64,000 nucleotides of DNA from Balanoglossus misakiensis (Eukaryota; Animalia; Hemichordata): the NCBI GenBank assembly GCA_040954595.2, contig CM082581.2:5882699-5946698 (forward strand). Reading direction: 5' to 3'. Shown here one piece after another: positions 13,801 through 28,500 of the stretch (within the stretch, counting starts at the first letter, position 1; the number at the start of each line of letters is the position of its first letter). The position numbers were made by a program, and so were the translations under genes. A model generated the notes under the pieces. That model was not told the origin of the DNA. It saw only the letters and a list, made by a program, of their open reading frames with translations, and did not search any database.

Positions 13801-16800
13801 TTGGCGTAACGGTGTGATCAGCAAAGATAGCTGTGAATGAATGTGGTACACTTCAGTTTGCCCCAAACTGTTCGAAGCCGAATTTGTAGTGAGAAACTAG
13901 CCCCTCCTGTCGTCACCACCACGCCCCAGGAAGAAGTTAACTGATTTTGGTGTTTTTCCAAGAAATTTGTTTTTAAACTTCAAACGTACTGAAAAGATCG
14001 AGAATACATATTTAATGTTGCGTTCAGAGGTTTTCGAAAACTAAGCAAATCGCCTCAAACTTATTGTAGAGTGTGTCTTTTGGCATATCATTGACAATAG
14101 AAAATTACTGATCGAGGAATAACTAATTTCTCCTAGGGTTATGCGATATAATTATTATATTTATAAAATGTACAAACTTCTAACCTGAGAAAATTTAACT
14201 CAAAACCTTGTAAGCGAGGCGGTTGTTTTTTCTACTCTCATACATAAGGTCTTAGATTTTTGCCATGGTTGTAAAGAATTCTTGGAATTCTCCAATTCGC
14301 CAATCTTTCTTTGAGAATTCCCGCCAAGACAACAGAGCGAAAAAGCCTTCAAAAGATTCAATGAGAAAGAGCAAATATATACAAATAATTAGGCAGGGAT
14401 AAAACATTGGTGCTTTTCATGCCAAACGAATGGCACAATCATTGAAAAGGAAACAGTAAAAGGCGAAAGTAATGCGGCTGGTTTACGGGAAAAAGAGGAT
14501 AGACCTGAAACATTTTGGGGAGGCATTAGTTGAATTGAGAAGACTACGCAAGATAAACAAGGAAACAATCTGATTTCATCTGTAGAGCAAACAAACTGTC
14601 TGAAGGGGGAAAAATCCATGCAAATGCCGAGAAATGCTTGGCGATTGACGGGCGACAGTTCGAGCGCGTTCACAGCCCTGTCTGTGAGTCCGTGCCATCC
14701 ACGGTTGTGTCTGGCACTGATAAGTCAAGACGAGCGAAAGTCAAAGTTGTTTGGGCGGCAATTTGTGTTTTGGTCTGGTGGGAAACTGACTGGCGCTGAA
14801 ATTCACGGGCACTAAGACTTTACCACTTGTGTAATTTGTTGTTTTGGTCACGTACCTGTTTTCCCGGGGTTCCATTTCCACGGACCCCTCTCAAATATCA
14901 TTACAGTCATTTTCTAATTAAATCCATAGCGGGATGACTTAAAGGCATCTAATGGGAGACAGATTTGTGTTCATTTATTAATGCGATAAGGTCGATGCTA
15001 ACAGGATTAAAATCATTAAAATTACAATGCAATCAATGGTGTTACCGGCTGAATTAGTGATAATATTAATGTTTACTACAAGCTAATCCAGAAGTGGATC
15101 GAAATCAACCATAAGCAAACCATGAATTAATAAGTACTATTTGTTTAATGACGACCATATGCACGGGGAATTGAGAGTTAATTGGCAGCCCGTTGACAAA
15201 AGGCGGCAGTTAGTTTTCCGCGATACATTATCCCGAGTTAATTAGAGCAATTAAACGCTGCTCAATAACCCCTGACTCTAAAAGCAGAAGAGAAAAAAGA
15301 TCAAACGCGAACCGACGATGTGTCGTCAATGGAATGGGTGTAGCACTACTATTGTCCTGACGCCATTCTCTTACAAAACGGTAGCGATTTGTTGCGAATT
15401 TCCACCAAAGGCCAACATGAACTGTACTTAAACAATCAGTCGGTCCTGTCTTTTGTTTTTTCGCTCCCTCGCCGCTGGGAGTTTATGCAAGTCTGCGGTC
15501 CGGAGAAAATTAATAGCCTAATTATTGAAGCATTGTTTGAAGCTTAAGGTGTGCTCATGAGCCTACTGGGATTTACAGTCGCAGACGATTTCGGTCGATA
15601 AGAAAATAAAAAGAGATTCCTTGTACTCCCCGACATTGCAGCCTTGCAACCTATAACACTGCTTCCTTTTTGTATGGCTGCCTTGGATAATTTGCCTGTA
15701 ATTATGGGATATAGAAATAATTATAGGATATAGAATCAATTGCCTTCTTTACAGATCAAGTTATAACGAACGAATATTTTGCATTTTCAGGCAGTGTTTT
15801 GGCGACAGGGAGTACAGATCTGTAACAAAGGGTTGAACATTTTCCTAGAAGACGACAAATTTGTCCCATTGAGTCTGTGAAATATGCTACTCTGTAACTT
15901 AAAACATATCTTCTGGTCGGTAGTATGATGCCAATAACTTGATCTGAACAGAGAACCTACATCTATCACGTGATATACCGTACAGAGAGAATCTATGAAT
16001 TTCCCCACATAATAACCATGCTCTATATGGAATGTATTCACGTCCCTCATGATACAGGAAGATCAAAAAGCTACCCACATCCAGCAACGACAAACCTACA
16101 AATGTTCTAGCAAACGAAATAAGGTTTCGTTGACGGAGGAGCGAACACTTAGACGGTGGCAAGTCACTCAATGAAGCAATGGCTGGTATTTGACATGCAT
16201 GGTGTAATATACAGGTTACTTAATATCTCCCCGGGAAGGGTTAAAGGTCATCTCTGACCCTGGCCGTCAATAGAAAGCGTGGTCCCAGAGACATGTGAAA
16301 TAACACGTGGAAACACAAAATGTGCTTGGTTAGGTTTATGAGATTACAAATAAGGTGAGGGTATCGTTATGCGTGTATTCAGTCAAAAGGTTCGTCATCT
16401 AATCATATTTTTATGTCGTGATCAGAAATGTGTAAGTTTTATTAGATATGAAGCACAGTGCTCTTGATGTCCCAATAGTTGTATATGGATAGTCTATCGA
16501 CTAGAAATCACGAAGTCGGACTAGCTTGAGACATATGTGCTCAATATGAGTGTCATCATATAAAACGTTTATCACTGCCTCTTAACCAGACAGGTCGGTG
16601 TCTGTATGTCATCGCCGATCTAACCATGGCAACCCCCGTAGCGTAAAAATCATTACTCCATCATATCGGTGGCGATGCTGCGCCCCCAGATAATTGGAAA
16701 ATTGCAAGGAGCGCAACTTGGGTTGCCTCCTCACCTAGACTGACACCCGCCAAGTGTTAGTGGTGTCAGAGCGGGCGAGCCCAGACATCATCGAACAATA

Positions 16801-19800
16801 TGGCGACCATAACGATGGAAAACGCATGCATACGGTGCTCTTTAGAAACGATGACAGCGATCGCTTACGGATAGATAGTTAACACAACCGAGCGTATGTT
16901 GAAACTGTTGGCTTTTTGTAACATCACAATGCCTGCGTTAGCAAGCGTAGTTGGCAAAATTTGCAGGCATTACGCTCGAGTTGGCAAAATAAGTCGATCA
17001 AGTTGGAGAAATTAATGGGGAAAAATTCGTCCTTTGTCTGGGCTGGCGTACGGCGCGTGTGCACCTTGTTTCTTCAAACTAATAAAACGTTTTTGCCTGC
17101 CGGGGAATTTTTTCTTTAGTTAATAACAAAATATACAGAGAGAAAATTACAGGAAACAGTCGACTAGAAAGATGAAAACCACACAATTTTGAGCAGTGTT
17201 TGTAAATTAAAAACGAAATGAAGTGGTTGGCGAAGCGGATAGCGGCAAACAGGAAAAGAACCCGACCCCTCATTTATGGCCGGCTTTGGCAGCCATTGAA
17301 AAGGAAATTAGTCGGAGTACGGCGTAAAGTGGCAGTGTAATGGCTGCCTATAGAAACGTGTACAATGTGAGACTTGGATTCGGCAGGTAATAATGATACT
17401 CATTATACTTAGAAAAACACTGGCAGGCAGAATGGAAGCCGTGCTACATTCCATTGACAATGCCCGATACCAAATCTGCGTAATTTCCCCACAATTAGTT
17501 TAAAACACATTGAGAAGGGCCCACTTTGTTCGCCGAGCGCTGTTGTGAAAAGACCGTTTCTTCTGCGACGCGGCACAAAAGCCATCGGCAAGCTCCTAAA
17601 AGTTGGGATTTATTTAATGACTAATCGAAAACGAAAACACCCCGTTTGATCGACTGCAAACACCGCCTATAGTTAATTAGCTTAATGAATATGCATTATG
17701 TCTGGAAGAAAACAATTTTCGTTCTCTGAAATACTCTGTACCCGTCATGATAAGGAAAGAGACTTGGGCTTATCCCGACTTATCGGCTTGAGAAAAGCAA
17801 GTTTTTCTTGAGTCCGAAGAAGTTATTAAAACGCTGTAAAACACCTTCGATGCTGAATTAGGCTAGAGGCCGCTGAGATCAGTATACAACTCTGGCTGTC
17901 TCCCCAGAAAGCAAAATACCGGCTAAGCAGTCGAGATTGGTTTTATTTTGACGAAGATGGTTTGTAGCGGTGGTGTGAATCTTGCTAAACGGCAGAACAG
18001 AATCCGCGCTGAGTTGAGCCCAGATCTGAAAGGAGGTTCCAAACCAAGGTAACTTGGCACCCATCGCATGCAGAAGGAGTAGGCAAGACGCCGGCGAAGA
18101 ATGAAGGCGCCACCAACGGCGAAAACAAGACGAAGGGCGACACCTGTTGGATTCGTGGTTGCCAAGTGGGACTGGGAGTCATCTCCGGCTCCGCTGTTCA
18201 TTTTAAGTGCGCAGTAACTGGATTAGTTCTGCGTTTCTGCTTCATTTGTTATGAAGACAAGTGATTAGGGTGTGTCGCCTCGCTCACTCGCCAACTCAGT
18301 CATGTTGTCTGCTAAAGTGATCAGCCGAAAAAAATATTGAACATGAAAGGTTGAATAAAGGCGGTTGGAAATGAAGAGTACGCATGTGCTTTGCACAGTG
18401 TGCGCGTGTGACCGGGAAGGTATGAATGTATGTCTGTGCTAGTGATGAAAGTTGGTTAGGGTCTGTTTATAACAGCGTGAGACAAGAAAATAAAGAAATT
18501 TGTCGAATAGTGATCATTCGATGCCATTTGTTTTGTCAGAGGCGAACATACATGTATCAATATTCGTGCTTTGAACTGTTAATACAACGTCTACTGGGCG
18601 ATCACAAAAACAGAAAAGACTGAAATCCATCTAGATTAATATCAAAGAATAACACAGAGTTACATATGAAAGGAAACATGGCGTGGAATCGGCATGGCTG
18701 CTATTTTTTTTTATCGCATTATGCACCGACAACCGTTTTTCGTTTGTGATTGTACCGGTGTACACCGTTGACAATTTACGGCACTGTAAAACACGAAGAG
18801 GCCATTACCAGCTAGTAGTCGTTAATGAAGAAAAAAAGTGCAATTCTCTGATCGGGTTATATTTGTTCCCTCCGTGGAATGTGCGAGCATCGATATTAAA
18901 AACGATTTGCGCGTCAGGTGGAGGCTTCAGCACGGATGGCCGATCAAACAATTTAATAATATGGTGTCAGGTGTTACCGTATATAACTCGAAAAAATAAA
19001 TGCGATGCAGCGATCAACGCCCAACTGTGGTGTAGTCAAGGCTTGATATCACGAGACTTGCAGCCTCTGGCCTTATATCTACCGCTTTCTTCATTTTATT
19101 TTTGTTAAATAACTTCAGCTTTGTGTTGTATTGGCACCTCGTTGGTTAATACAGTACTAAACTTATGAGGTACAAATTCGATTCCTTGAATACACTATCA
19201 GTTTGTTCCAATTTATCCGCTTAATGTCCGTCATCATGCGTTTGTTGTTGGCTTAGCTGTTCATCAAAATGGCGCCGTAAGTTCGGTAAACACTCACTCA
19301 CGCCTGTCACAAATAACAGAGCACTCACATTTTTTCCTCACATTTTTTAACATTACGTACTGGAGGCAATAAAAACTGATTTAATTTCGATAGCGCGCCA
19401 GTCTGAACCGATTTACCTAAAGAATTGTAAGACTGTATAAGAAGAGGGAGTGAGATGGAGGAAAAGAGGGGCATGGGGAGGGATGGAGACACACTGAAGA
19501 TGATATAAACTTTATTAGGGGGCGTTGATGAAGAATAGTGCTTGCTTCTCACAAAAGCTCTTGTAATGCTGGATATTATGATCACGTGAATCGGATTGTC
19601 TTCAAGTCATCACTCACGCCTCAAATATTCTATACAAGCAACAATTTTCAGTAATTGTGCGAAAATACGGTCATGCACGCAAACATATCTATGAAAAGGA
19701 ATGGTAAATTACCAGACATGTTCAAGCTAGCCAAGATGTGCTTTACTGAGGGGTACACTGTCAAGTCTAAATCCCCCGTCCCCACAAGTGCCCCAGTAAT

Positions 19801-20425
19801 ATGACGGTGGAACAAGAGACATGTGCACCAGACCCCAACATCTCTCGATTGACAGTTGTGTTGCCACGGTGATATCATTACAACCAGTCACGGGGGCGAT
19901 CGAAAAGACCCAGTCTTAAACACCCAACAACCCCCGGGCAGAAGTAATTACTTTAGCCGTAACAGCTGTGCAAAACGAGGGAATTTACACCCTCCTCCCC
20001 CTAGTGAACGAGTCAACCTGAACGTTACCATGGCGATGGGGAGAGTTGTTGCCCCTTTTTGTAATATGTAGTTGTATACGTAGTTAACTATTGTGTCTTG
20101 GTTATTAAAAAATCAGGCAATCGTTGCACCAATGTTTCTTTTGTCTGTAAAATCCTGAATTGCCTTCTCATATAAATTTGCTCACCAATTAGTTTATGAA
20201 GCGACTAATTTTTCTTGTACTACCCCTTTCATTTTTTCTTCACTGAAAGTTATATTTTTAAAACGGCCAGAAAAAATGCTTTAAAAAATATCAGGTGTAT
20301 GGCGTTTCATGCTAGTTCACTTAATCCAGGAGAGAATAGCATACCTCCTACCCCTACATGTACCTCATGCGTACCCTATCCAGTACACACAATTTGCTCA
20401 TAACACAAAATTGCGAGAACTAGTG

Positions 20426-20691
<266 letters not shown>

Positions 20692-21016
20692 ATTAAAAAG
20701 TGAAGTAACTACCAGTGGTGTCGGTAAAATCTTTATTTTATTTTTACCATCGCGCACAATCCCATGCAGTGGACGGGCGCATTCTATTGTTTGAGGGTAT
20801 AATTGTGTAGATAGCAAGTAACTCGATCCCGCACAGGGGATTTGTAATGTCACTGAATTTTACCCATATCCGAATAAATCTAAATGCCTTCCGGGTGATT
20901 CATACCCTAACATGTGAATACACGAATGTACGAAGAAAAATCAAGATTTAGGTATAGCAGGACTGTACACAAAATCATAGTTTATAAACGTCTCAATCAT
21001 TTGTTGGAATGTGGAC

Positions 21017-24000
21017 TCATAGTCCCTTGTTATAATAAAGGTGAGTTTCTGTAGTGGCTGACCGGATATCCGGTTCCAAACAGCATACGTCAACCTGTAA
21101 AAAAAGAAAATAATTTTCTCTTTTTATATCATTACTTTCCTATTAAAGTTTGTCGTGTGAGAGAGAATTTTTTTTAGTAGGTGGCATATGCAAAAAAGCG
21201 AGCCTCCACATTGTCGATCGAAGATGAAGTCACTGAACTAGTGTGGGCTGTACACAACACCAGAGAAATGATCAATGCACTCTTAATTCCGATGAACCAA
21301 TTTTGGCAGCGACCAGTTTTAAAGTTTATATCTGCTTATGGCCAAAAGCTAGATTTACAACAGCTAGGCATGTGAAGCTTAATCGGCAGCGCAGATTAGG
21401 CACATGTCCGGTGAGAATTTGGAGCTTTTGAAATCTGACCTATTTTTAAGCGTTTGGGGCTTACATGTATATGGGACGAGTCCAAACATGAAAACAGGTC
21501 GAGCTTGGACTCATATTGTGAAACCAAATAAGGTACATACATGTACATATATATATACCATCTATTCTCATTCTTGACTTGACGTGGGTCGCATGGCGAT
21601 GACGTGTCGCCATAACAGTATAGCACAGCCTAGCGTCACACAGAACAGAACAGTATTTCGTGACTAGACTGCGGAACACTTTCACTGCCAAATCTGACAC
21701 TGACTTGTGGCGTTAAAATCCTCTCTAACACACGCGCCAACTGTATTCAACAGGTACGCCTTTGTTGTAATTGACAAATTCAACTAACAGTTGCCATGTC
21801 TAAAAACCCCAGCATTAGTTCATATAGTCCTTGAATATAATCACGGTGCTACTTCTTTGTTTGCTATTGAAATATTTATCAAGTTAATCCATTTCCATTT
21901 AGATAATGGCGATGAACAACCTGTGCCATCACTTTGATGTTTTTTTCTCACACGTTTCACAAAGAACACGGGGAATGTTTTTTAACTACTACCAAACACA
22001 GCTTGTTGTCATGCCTTTAGTTCAACACACGTTCATCGATTTGGCAAAGAAAATTATCCAGCCAAGCGCCATAACAGTAGTAACATCGCCACAGAAGACG
22101 GCACTGTATGATAATATCATCTCGTCGAAATTTGTAAAGATAGCATTGGGGAAAAATGCCTTGATATTTACATAAGGTGGTGTACATGTCGTGAATAAGA
22201 CTTTCTATCAATGGGAACAAATGGCGAATTTGATCAAAGTGGACAAATGGTGGATAATATTGAACAAATGGCGGATTTTGTCAAATTGAACGTATCTTTT
22301 CATGTTTGGCTTTTAGTTGGTACATTGTATGCATCCCGGCCCTGTAATAACATGTTGTCGATTGAATTGACCAAATAATGGCATAAAAAAGGGAAAGGGG
22401 AAAAGCTTGAACAATTTAATATAATCTGCTCTTCACCTGCGACACATGAAATAGAAGGATACGTCTAATCCGCTTTCACTCTATAATTGAGAAAAATAGC
22501 GATTAATTGAAGGCGGGCGCACAGGTTGCGCACGCCGTGTCATGAAGGTCAAAGGTCGCCGTGTTACCGCGTTGCCCCGTTGTTCATTTCATCGCGTACA
22601 GCTCAATCTCGCGTCGTCACGCTTTCAATAACAGCGCGCTGAATCGTGTGCCTGGTGTTCCATGCATAAACAAAGGCTAATCCTTCTCGCTCTCTCTTTT
22701 TATGATAACAAATGACAGACTACAGCCGGCAGCGAGGTCCCCTAATTCTCACTTAAAGGTGTCAATTTCTGACAATTTGTACCCAGTTGTATAAATAAAA
22801 ATATCAACATTATTTTGGTTGGCCCGAAAAGGAATCCTTTGTGACTGTCATCACTGACAAATATACCGCCAAAATAACATTAGACACAGAGAGATTAACT
22901 GAAATAAATAAATATATGACATAAAAAGGGAAAGGGGAAAAGCCTTAACAATTTAATATAATCTGTTCTTCACAAGTTCGTTATGCTATTATAATCGCAT
23001 ACAAATCTGTGTGCAATGTTATTTTAGCGCTGCATTTGTCATTGATGACAACTACATGGTTATCCTTCAAACTCACTTCAATTAGACATAAAAAATTGAT
23101 CTCATGTAGGTAATAATCATTTTCAAAATTGAAAATACGGCAGGTTCGCGTCACAGCTTGAATCGTGGACAGGTTGTTCGCGCTGGTAGTGAAGAAAAAT
23201 AGCACTCTGCGCCGCTGCGAATTTTGAGAGACACGGGTTAGTGATGGCTGCAAATTCCCTCCAATCGCGCCGTTGTGTTGCTGTCACCCCAACTTGTCAG
23301 CGCGACTTTGCATAAATCAAAACGATTCAATAAATATTGCTGTCTGGCATCGCGAAATTAGGAATTTAGGAGACACCTGTATGTTCCGCCAGTTCTTTTT
23401 AAATGCGTGTTCAGCGGGATTGCCGCTGGTAACCCCCCCCCCCACCCAACCACCCACCCAGACGAGATGTATCAAAGATAACGGAACGGATGAGAAGCCA
23501 AATTTTGCCTGAATGCAAATTTCATAAAGTGCGCGCGCTCAAATTCACTGCGCTGCCAAGGCAACACGCATTTGCAAACGTCATTACGCGCCCACTTCAC
23601 TGTTCAGTAGCCTTATACCTTGGTGTTTGCATTAAATGCATTGGAGTTCGTACGTGTACCTCTCTCCGTAACGTGGGAATTTGCATATCGTGCTGTGTGC
23701 TATTTGCCATTTCAATGGGTCGTGCATGTGTGGCATGCGCATTACATGTACGTGCATGTGCTCAGAGTTTAGGTTGCTTAGTTACGCACGGTGCGATCAA
23801 TGCGACGTCACCATTAGTAAACGGCTTCCCGCGTGGGTTTGTTTTCTCCACATATGATGCAGGAAGTGCCCTACAAAGACAAATTTCCAGAATATCGATA
23901 CAATGATTTGCGATGCGAACTTTGCAGACGGCCCCTGACCACCTGTGACATGTAATCGTAAACCCTTATTAAAGGTTTCTATACAAAGCATCGCGCAGAG

Positions 24001-25560
24001 TGTCACACATAAATCAACGCTGTTTAAATTCTCCCGTGACTTGCAGAGTGGAAAAATTCCATTATTTGAAGTTTAAGAAGCAAGAATTTTTTTTTAATGG
24101 CGACATTAACAAAAATTGTATATCTGCTGTTTGCAATGTTGACCCTGGTCGCGACAGCCACTCGCAGGCACCCGAGTCATTTCTTCTCTGAAATATCTAA
24201 ATACGAGATATTTTGATATAATTTTATAGTTTTTTTTAATTGAACCGTTTATCTGTGTGTTTTAGAGCAATCCGGTATCAAAGTTTCTGATTTAAAAAAA
24301 GAATTCAAACAGAATGCCGCAGGATGAGTGAAGACCGTACTTTAGATTTGCATCAAAACGGCAAAAACCTGTTATCAGCCATGTGAGTAGTTTTCGCCAG
24401 AGTGCACAAATAACGCCGGAAACATGTGCCAAGTTCATCAACACATTAGAAAGCGATCGACCTTGAGTTGGGTTATTGTTACCACCTTTTAAATTAAAAT
24501 TACTGGCATCGTGACGAGAAAAAAATGAATATGCTCTTGTTACATGAAGAGTCAAGAACCACACGGAATCAAGCATCAGAAATATATGTGTACAGTGCTG
24601 TGGGATCCGCGGACTGAACGTGATTCAGTTTGGAAGCGTTGTCAGAAAATATTACTTATTAGGTATGAGAATAGATTACCGGCTTATCATAATTTTCGAT
24701 CGGAGTATATCTGCCTCATACTGTACATAATGCTGGCTCTAGGGGGCGTTCTCACACCGACAAAAGTTGGGACCCCATATTTATGCATTGGTGTCAAATC
24801 ACACCCACGAAAATTTCCATTTTACAGAAATCAGTGAGCGCGACTTTGCCGCTGAAGAGTGTCTGTGGCTTAGTCTTCGAAATTTGTCATTCAATTTTAT
24901 TGAAACTCAACGTTTACCTACCCGTAATGAGTGACCAATTTTGTCTATATCGACTAGATGATCTATGCAGCATATGCAACCGCCCCCTAAAGGCGTCGTA
25001 CGTTAATAAACAGCACGGACGGAAGAAGAACATACCTTAGAAAATTGTGGAAAGAGACTAATGGCCAACGGAAGAGCAAATGCAAAGGAGAGAGTCACCA
25101 CTAATCCTTGTACTGGTAGAGTTAGGCGCGGTCTAGATTTCATCAAACTCGTCCTGAAAGATCAAATCAAAATGTACATTGTTAAATCACTATTCGAGCT
25201 CGCGTGGACCACAACGACCAGTCATAAAGAGGCAGAAGAAACAAAACAAAAGAAGTCGTATTATGTTGCTAGAGGGCAGCAAATGCATCTCAATTGTCAT
25301 AGTGAACTGAATTAGTTACTTACTTCTCAACTATCGACATAACAATCGGTGGAATAATAAGAATTGGTGCTGGTAATATCGCTCTTGTTAACGCCGTCTC
25401 CTTAAGCGCCTAAAACATTCAATTAGAAAATAAAAAGCGCCTTCAGTGATGACACGAAATCAAACCAGTCCGAAAAAGTAGAAATCTAATTTCGCTATAT
25501 TCGCTTGCTGCATGATAATTTCATCCATCCATCCATCCATCCATCCATCCATCCATCCAT

Positions 25561-25596
<36 letters not shown>

Positions 25597-28500
25597 CCAT
25601 CCATCCATCCATCCATCCATCCATCCATCCATCGACCCGCCCACCCGTCCATCCATCCTCCAAACCAAACACACATCGGCCAGCCAGTCAGTCATCCGTC
25701 CGTCCGCCCATCTGTCCGCCAGCGGTTTAGTGTGAACATGATCGTTATTGACCGTTGTTACGTAGGAGAAGTTTGCTGTTGTTTTGTGACCAGGTGTGTT
25801 TTCGCTTACTTTCGTAATTTGAATATTTGCGTGACCAGGTGTGGTGCATTCATTATTTTCCCCATATAAAAAGCCCGCACGTTGTGTTGCGGCGTAGCTA
25901 CTAATTTGGACTTGCCCGTGTGAGCTGTTCTGTTCCTCGCCGGCTTGGAAGATGTGCCTTATTTCCTGATACACTGGTCTGGAAACCGCGCCCAGAAGCT
26001 GTGCTGTATTTCATGCTGTCCTGGTCTGGAAACCGCGCCCAGAAGCCGTGTTGTTTCATGCTGTCCTGGTCTGGAAACCGCGCCCAGAAGTCGTGCTACC
26101 TCATGGGGAATTCGTCCAAAAGCCGTGCCGGGGAATTGTGCCAGAACGCTACTCGGACTGAACGTCGCTGTTGGGACTGCCGTGGTGCTGGTCGCGTTCG
26201 TCGTGCGCTACGGAAGCTTGGACTTTAGTTTTTCATTTCCCACACCTGGTCACATTTAAGGTAGTCATTTATTTTACTGTGTTTTTTCCTCAGTGTACGG
26301 TCATTTTATATTTACCAATGTTTAGTTGTAGTAATTCAAAGTTTCCATAAGCAAGGAAATAGCGTGTGGTGTGCCTATTGTTGACCGTCTTTGTTGCGTG
26401 CTGCGCTGGTTGGTTCACCAAAGCGAGCCATTGAGTAAGTCTATTTGCTCACTGCCCTGTTTCGGAACTGAACGGCCAGCGTGTCGTAACACCGTCCAAG
26501 AAACACATGATTAAAAGGCTAAAATATGCCGACTACTACCTGCTTATGACTACTTACACGTTTAGCTGCAATCTTAGAAGTACCCACCACGTTTCCATCC
26601 TTATCCTCCACCTCTATACCCTTACCAAGTTCACTCAATCTCATCAACACCACGTTGCATATACCTGCCGTGGCTGTGAATTAAAATAAAACGGTTTAAA
26701 TTTACCACCACGGGGAAAATGCTGAGGTCGTCATATCACTATGGTTACGGTGTGTCGGACAAAGTATACCGAACATACTAGTAATCAGTGAAAAAGAAAA
26801 ACGCGTTCAAAAAATCGGCACTTCAACCTTTCGAACACTGACTTACCAACAGCAGGGAAAGGGACGAATCTTTGGACGAGTGTCCGTGTTCCAGGACTAA
26901 ATTTCTTGGCTTTGTCGACAACAAATCTCAGACCAACCTGACAGAATAGAGAATAGAACAGTATAATGATACCTCCGTCAGGGATAATGAGAGAATGGTT
27001 TTGCTTTTGTTTCCGTCTCATCTATGTAACGTTATCACTAGTATAGTGAAGAACAAACGAGTACGGTTTTGCCGGCAGTCGTTCAATTGACCTACGATGT
27101 ATTTTCCGCGGGACTTGGTACTTACCGCTATACCACAGGCAGCTGTGACTGCGCCTACGTAGCCTAGAAGAAATTGACTTGTAGAAGTGGGCTGCAAAAA
27201 AGTAAACGATATGCTAATTGCTATATAGGCAAGAAAATACACGATATACTGTACTATATACATGTACAGAGAAGCCCAATTCTGTAATTCGTGTAAGCTG
27301 ATTCCCCGACAAAATTTACTGGGTGCGGATGATATTAAATGTAGTACAGCCGGCTTACCTTACTGGCATTCCTATTTGCATAGTTGACACCGGCCATGTG
27401 ACTTTGAGCCATCCACTGCAATGAAACAAATACAGATACACATCACGTGGATGTCTTTCATTCGGTAGGCTAAAAGCTGTGATGCAAGCCTATGTACTCA
27501 TACATATATATGCTTTTTACATTGACCTAGTACCAAGTTTGAATGCTATCGGTCCAAGAATGTCTATGACTTACATGTAGCACCAATGCATTAATCAAAC
27601 ACACTTAAACTAAAGATTTAAAAATTGTCCTATTTTACCTGCCAGAACACTGTTCCAAAAAGAGACAAGTTAGGGCTCAGCACACCTGTAATGATTGGAG
27701 CTCCAAAAGGCACAAACCCTAAAATGATAAATGTTCATGAAGTAAATAGTTTAATAGGTACAGAAAAGATAAGTTTATCTCTCAAAGTTCTATCAAAGCA
27801 AGTACAATTCTTTAGATGGAATTGACTTGGGCCGCTCTACATATTCCGATCTTACCAAGTGTAAAAACAAAAGCAGCGTTTCTAGTCCTTTGAGGGCGCT
27901 GCGTGTTCTCTACCCAACCTTGATCTCGGATGCCTTGAGTTTGCCCTGTACTCGCAGCCACGCAGACAATATTAAAGTCACGGATACGGACTCGCTTCAC
28001 AGACAGAACTTTTGGGTCGATGCATGTCGCAAGGTTTATCACAACGCACGACGAATTAGAATCATAGCGCAGGCGATTCTAGATACGCAACGACAATGTA
28101 CTTTTATTGGAAATTATCGCACCTGACATTCTGAATGGTATGAAGACCTTCTCTCCCGTATCTGGATGTAAAATTGCCTGGAAAATACAAAATCATTATA
28201 AGCATACAAGTTGTGTCTTTTTCTATCAACTACGGGAAAAAGTACACACCATGACACAATTGCAATCAGTTAATAATTCACTATGGGAATAGTTCCACGG
28301 AAAGATTTCTTCTTTGAGATGCGGAGCATAAATTACCTGTTTTATTTCCTGTGCCTTCCATAATTGTTTGTTTGTTGTGCCCGGCGGAAGCGCGTCGTTC
28401 TTGAAATCTTCTAGCAGTTTAACTGATTCATCCAGCGTTTTCTGGGGAAAAAGAAGACGTGCAGAGACGATCAAGAAGCTGTTGATTCCGAAAAAAGAGT

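Noticed and set aside
23950-24030. Minus-strand VDLC...FNKGL resembling an alternative last sideroflexin exon
   Set aside because: The nearest acceptor is out of frame by one base, no stop follows NKGL, the length is wrong and the middle has no similarity. The exon at 21017-21094 fits exactly.
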